This document shows positions 36,907-40,785 of a stretch of DNA of 40,785 nt, piece by piece. The translations under genes were made by a program, and so were the position numbers. Within the stretch, counting starts at the first letter, position 1, and each line of letters begins with the position of its first letter. Below the pieces are notes generated by a model, which saw nothing but the letters and a program-made list of their open reading frames with translations, had not been told where the DNA came from and did no database searches. The stretch comes from Octopus bimaculoides (taxonomy: Eukaryota): the NCBI RefSeq assembly GCF_001194135.2, contig NC_068990.1, positions 24,444,029 to 24,484,813 on the forward strand, given 5' to 3'.

Positions 36907-36960
36907 CAGTAGTTGTGGCTGTTGTTGTTGTTTCTGCTGTTGTTACCGCTGCTACAGCAG
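36755..36960. repeat. (AGT/GGT/TGT)n trinucleotide tract
   Basis: Directly visible; source of the poly-S/V/Y ORFs. Confidence 0.95.
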
Positions 36961-37978
36961 GTATCGTTGTCGTTCTTGTTTATAAGTTTCCCTGTAACCT
37001 CTCCTCTATTGTCGATCACATTATTTAAAGAGTCTCTTTCTGTATAAGTGTATCAAAGGGTAAGTCAATCTCGTGGCCCCCGTTTCTCTTCTCGCTGAAA
37101 TAATCGAAGTGTGTCAGAGGGGATTAAATACAAAAGCTGGTCACTAAAAGACTAAGGTCACAATGACTTGTGCATAAATCTAAGTATGCAAAATGTAATT
37201 TATCTCTGTATTTCCCATAATAATTTCAAGTCTTTTCAATCACTAGCCATCTTGAATTAATAGGATAGTCGTATTTCAGTTGGTGTTTTTTTTTTATTGT
37301 TATCTCATTTCTTGTGTTTTTATTTGGCTTCGTCTACAGTATTAAGATTTTTATGTATCCATGATTATTAAGATACTTACAGAGGCATGTATAATGTACA
37401 CATACACTCACTTACATATGCTCATGTGCCAGATATATATATATAAATATACTCACGTACAAAACATATATTTTGAGGTATCTGAGAACTTGTGTCTGAG
37501 AAAGATATTGTGTGTTCACCTCATTAAAAAGTGTAGGTAAGCTACCTCTTAATAAGTTATATTGTGAAATCTTTATCTTATGATTTCAGAACACCCTAAT
37601 TTCCAGCGATAGAGATATCGTTTACAAACCATCAGACGAATTAAAATTCAATTGAACGCATGGCTATTCCTCCAGTGACTGAAAGAAATTACTAAGTCTG
37701 TAAGTATGGGAAAACATACATCTCTACATGTTTGCATAATACATGCACAATACGTAAAAATGTACATATGTACATACTCGAATACATACGTACATACATA
37801 TATGTAAACATACATATATATAGAGAGAACATTTTTATAAACAAGCATTGAAGCCCCAAGTTAGCTGGTTGCCACATTTTTTCTCTCTATAAGGGTATTT
37901 TGCTCAATCCTTTGAGCCATCTTCACAGTTATTCTTCTGTGTTTGAGAATTTCTTCCTTTCTAAAATATATGTTTATA

Positions 37979-38190
37979 TGAGAGAGTGCTGAAAAGTTCC
38001 TGGCTTTACGTGTATCGCGAAAGCCTGGCTGGAGGCCCGAACTTCCGAGTTCTTTTACAGGGCTTAGAAAAACTGTTGGGCCGCTACAATAAGTGTGTGA
38101 ATCTGAGAGAGGAATATGTTGAATAAAATCCTAACTGATCCGGCTATATTTTCTTTTACACAAAACCAGGAACTTTTCCACAACACCTCG
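37979..38190 (+). mobile_element. Mariner-derived MITE (internally deleted)
   Basis: TA flanks (37977-78, 38191-92); TIRs tgagagagtgctgaaaagttcctggctt / rc cgaggtgttgtggaaaagttcctggttt; retains a transposase C-terminus remnant GLEKLLGRYNKCVNLREEYVE*. Confidence 0.85.
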
Positions 38191-38425
38191 TATATACATA
38201 CACGAAGATATACGTACATACATGTACAAACATATATGTAAAGAGAATATTCTTATAAACACTGAAGCGCCGAGTTAGCTAGTGGCCACAATTTTTCCGT
38301 CTATACGGGCATGTTATCCAATCCCTTGAGCTATTTCAACAGCTACTCTCCTGTGCTTGATATTTTCTTCATTTCTAAAGTACATATTTATGCATACATA
38401 GATATATACACAAATATCTATTTAC

Positions 38426-38478
<53 letters not shown>

Positions 38479-38488
38479 NNNNNNNNNN

Positions 38489-38534
<46 letters not shown>

Positions 38535-39196
38535 CATTCCAAAGATTCTCCATCCGAGACACTTTAAATTAATATATGCACACACAAAGTTGTGTGTACT
38601 GATGAAGACACATGGGTAGATAGTAATGAGGCCCATAGACACCCATCCACAAAGTATCCAAAAAGTACGTTCACACAGAACGTAAGTGTAGGTGCATACG
38701 CAGACATATTTGCTTACACTAACTCAACCACATGTTTAGAACCCCAGAAACTGTCTTAACTCAAAATATCCCGTTGCTTTTGATACGACCAGTTTGAACG
38801 TTGTTAAGAATTTAAATAAATCTGAAAGAAACACATGCATACACATACAGTAGAAGTTATCTCTGCGCCATTCCATTGATGAGCAGCATAAAATTCCAGT
38901 ACTCAAATTAGACATTCAACTTTATAATCATTACTACTTGAGTGACACCTGTACCAAACCACATAGAGTAAAAGGTAACTGAACTTTAATTCGGCGGAGA
39001 AAGAATGAAGTTCCATAATTCAGATACTCTTCAGAATATCGCGGTAGCCGGGACAATAGGAAATCTTCAAACTCATTTTATGATTTAAAAGATGAGTGGT
39101 TTTATGAAGAATAGCGAAGATAGGTCTCTTTTCTTTAAAACCTCCAACAGAGTAACGGGCCAATTAAAATCTGTAAAGCATTAATTAGGGACAGAT

Positions 39197-39227
<31 letters not shown>

Positions 39228-39240
39228 TATATATAAATAT

Positions 39241-39471
39241 AAGGCGGCGAGCTGGCAGAAACGTTAGCACGCCGGGCGAAATGCTTAGCGGTATTTCGTC
39301 TGTCTACGTTCTGAGTTCAAATTCCGCCGAGGTCGACTTTGCCTTTCATCATTTCGGGGTCGATTAAATAAGTACCAGTTACGCACTGGGGTCGATATAA
39401 TCGACTTAATCTCTTTGTCTGTCCTTGTTTGTCTCCTCTGTGTATAGCCCCTTGTGAGTAGTAAATAAATA
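39241..39471 (+). mobile_element. Solo full-length family-B1 SINE with ~14-bp TSD
   Basis: A-box/B-box head, gaggtcgactttgcctttcatc...aagtaccag core (resembles the Meta/MESC domain, from memory); TSD atatatataaatat at 39227-39240 and 39472-39485. Confidence 0.93.
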
Positions 39472-39891
39472 ATATATATAAATATACATATGTGTACGTG
39501 CAGCCAGACATACATACATCGAAACATGATTACAAATACATCTAAACAAGCATTTATGCACCTGTATGTAAGTGTATGTATATTACGTGTATGCCTGAAT
39601 GCATGCATTCCTTCATAATACATTACGTATGTCTCATTCTTACTTGTATGCATCCACTACATAATAACATGACATATGAACATACTAACCCGCACAAATA
39701 CCTACACACATAAACAAAAAAAGATGTGTGTGTGTGTGTGTGTATGCATACATACATGCATTGTATACATGATTACATTACACACGCACGTACTTAAATA
39801 TATACACACAAACACATACATGCATACATACATACACACATACATGAATACACACAAGCACATGCATACACATACATACATATATACACTC

Positions 39892-40110
39892 ATATCTTGG
39901 CTTGGCTTCGCTGACAAAGATTAAGATGGCTGTTGTCAAGTTCGTCTGCACACCCGTTCGTGGCTAATGAGGCCGATGTGGGATCGACATATCTGATTGC
40001 CATGATGATAGAGATGTGGTTGTCCAGGGTCTGATGATGCAGCTGCATTATTTCTTCACTTCTGGAGTTTGTTATTGTTGCTATTGCCTGTCCTTTCTTT
40101 CCAATGTGAA
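39892..40110 (-). mobile_element. RTE (BovB-like) LINE 3' end remnant
   Basis: Decayed C-terminal zinc finger ...GNQICRSHIGLISHERVCRRT* ('C.SRIGL.SH.R.C' motif), short 3' UTR and gaagccaagccaag tail. Confidence 0.7.
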
Positions 40111-40785
40111 CCAAATCTCTATTTCCTATTCAGCACAGCAATGACATAAGCCAATACGTGATAACTATTCTCACCTATAGTATCTCACATGAGATAAAAC
40201 TACGGAAGTGGCGGCATTTCGTTGTCACACTAGCATGTGTTACCGCAACTTCCGCAACGAAAGTATGCCGTCATTTTGTAATATAGATTGCACTTTAGTA
40301 AGTTCATAGTGAGGGAGTACTGCACCGGATGAGCGGATACACGCTCTCGAGGCGGCCAAGAGACTTTGAAATATATCAGGAATGTTACGAAATGACTAGT
40401 GTAGTCTATGTGTTTGATTTTACTCTGTACACACTCCACATCGATATTGCTAGATATCTTCTTACTGTCGGGTGATATTTATCCCATTAATTGATGTGCT
40501 TGACTGGGCGATCCGCTAAAACGACACTCTTGGCAGACATTTTAAACATGCGTATATACATAAAACCGTATGGCCATCAATACACTATCCTGAATTCATA
40601 TGCCTTTTGAGAGGATTCTTTGTCTTTTTTTTTCTTCGAGCTGACTTGTTGGGGCCAGGGGTTCCAGTTCAGCCGTGCATGCAACAAGATGTGGGTTACA
40701 AGTTATAAGTAGTACTCTTGAGTGACTCGAACATTCACAAACACATACAAGCATTCACATGTGTGTGTATATATATATATATATA

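Noticed and set aside
6418-39924. Long ORFs in the track (poly-L, HT/YI/CV, poly-S/V/Y, X-containing)
   Set aside because: They are products of microsatellites, N gaps and SINE bodies; none has a recognisable domain.

Overview
AT-rich eukaryotic genomic DNA, very probably octopus. This is inferred from the cephalopod neurofilament-type gene, the dense tRNA-derived SINE families, the microsatellite load and the gapped draft assembly. The only protein-coding gene I can support is the 3' end of a protostome-type cytoplasmic intermediate-filament (neurofilament NF60-like) gene: four spliced exons on + (143-2655) encoding a lamin-tail domain with no CaaX motif. None of the ORFs in the supplied track is a credible gene. 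The remaining ~38 kb is intergenic or intronic and repeat-rich. It contains many tRNA-headed SINE copies in at least five families, two RTE LINE 3' remnants, a possible L1/Tx1 remnant, three MITEs, microsatellites and seven N-gaps. The most unusual element (20342-20734) is a tRNA-headed short element carrying a minimal Penelope-type hammerhead ribozyme, inserted as a head-to-head inverted dimer with an 11-bp target-site duplication (TSD). Also notable are a 575-bp MITE with an 8-bp TSD and a central outward-facing telomeric palindrome, and SINE dimers that repeatedly join at the same nucleotide. Family and superfamily names come from memory of motifs, not from database searches.
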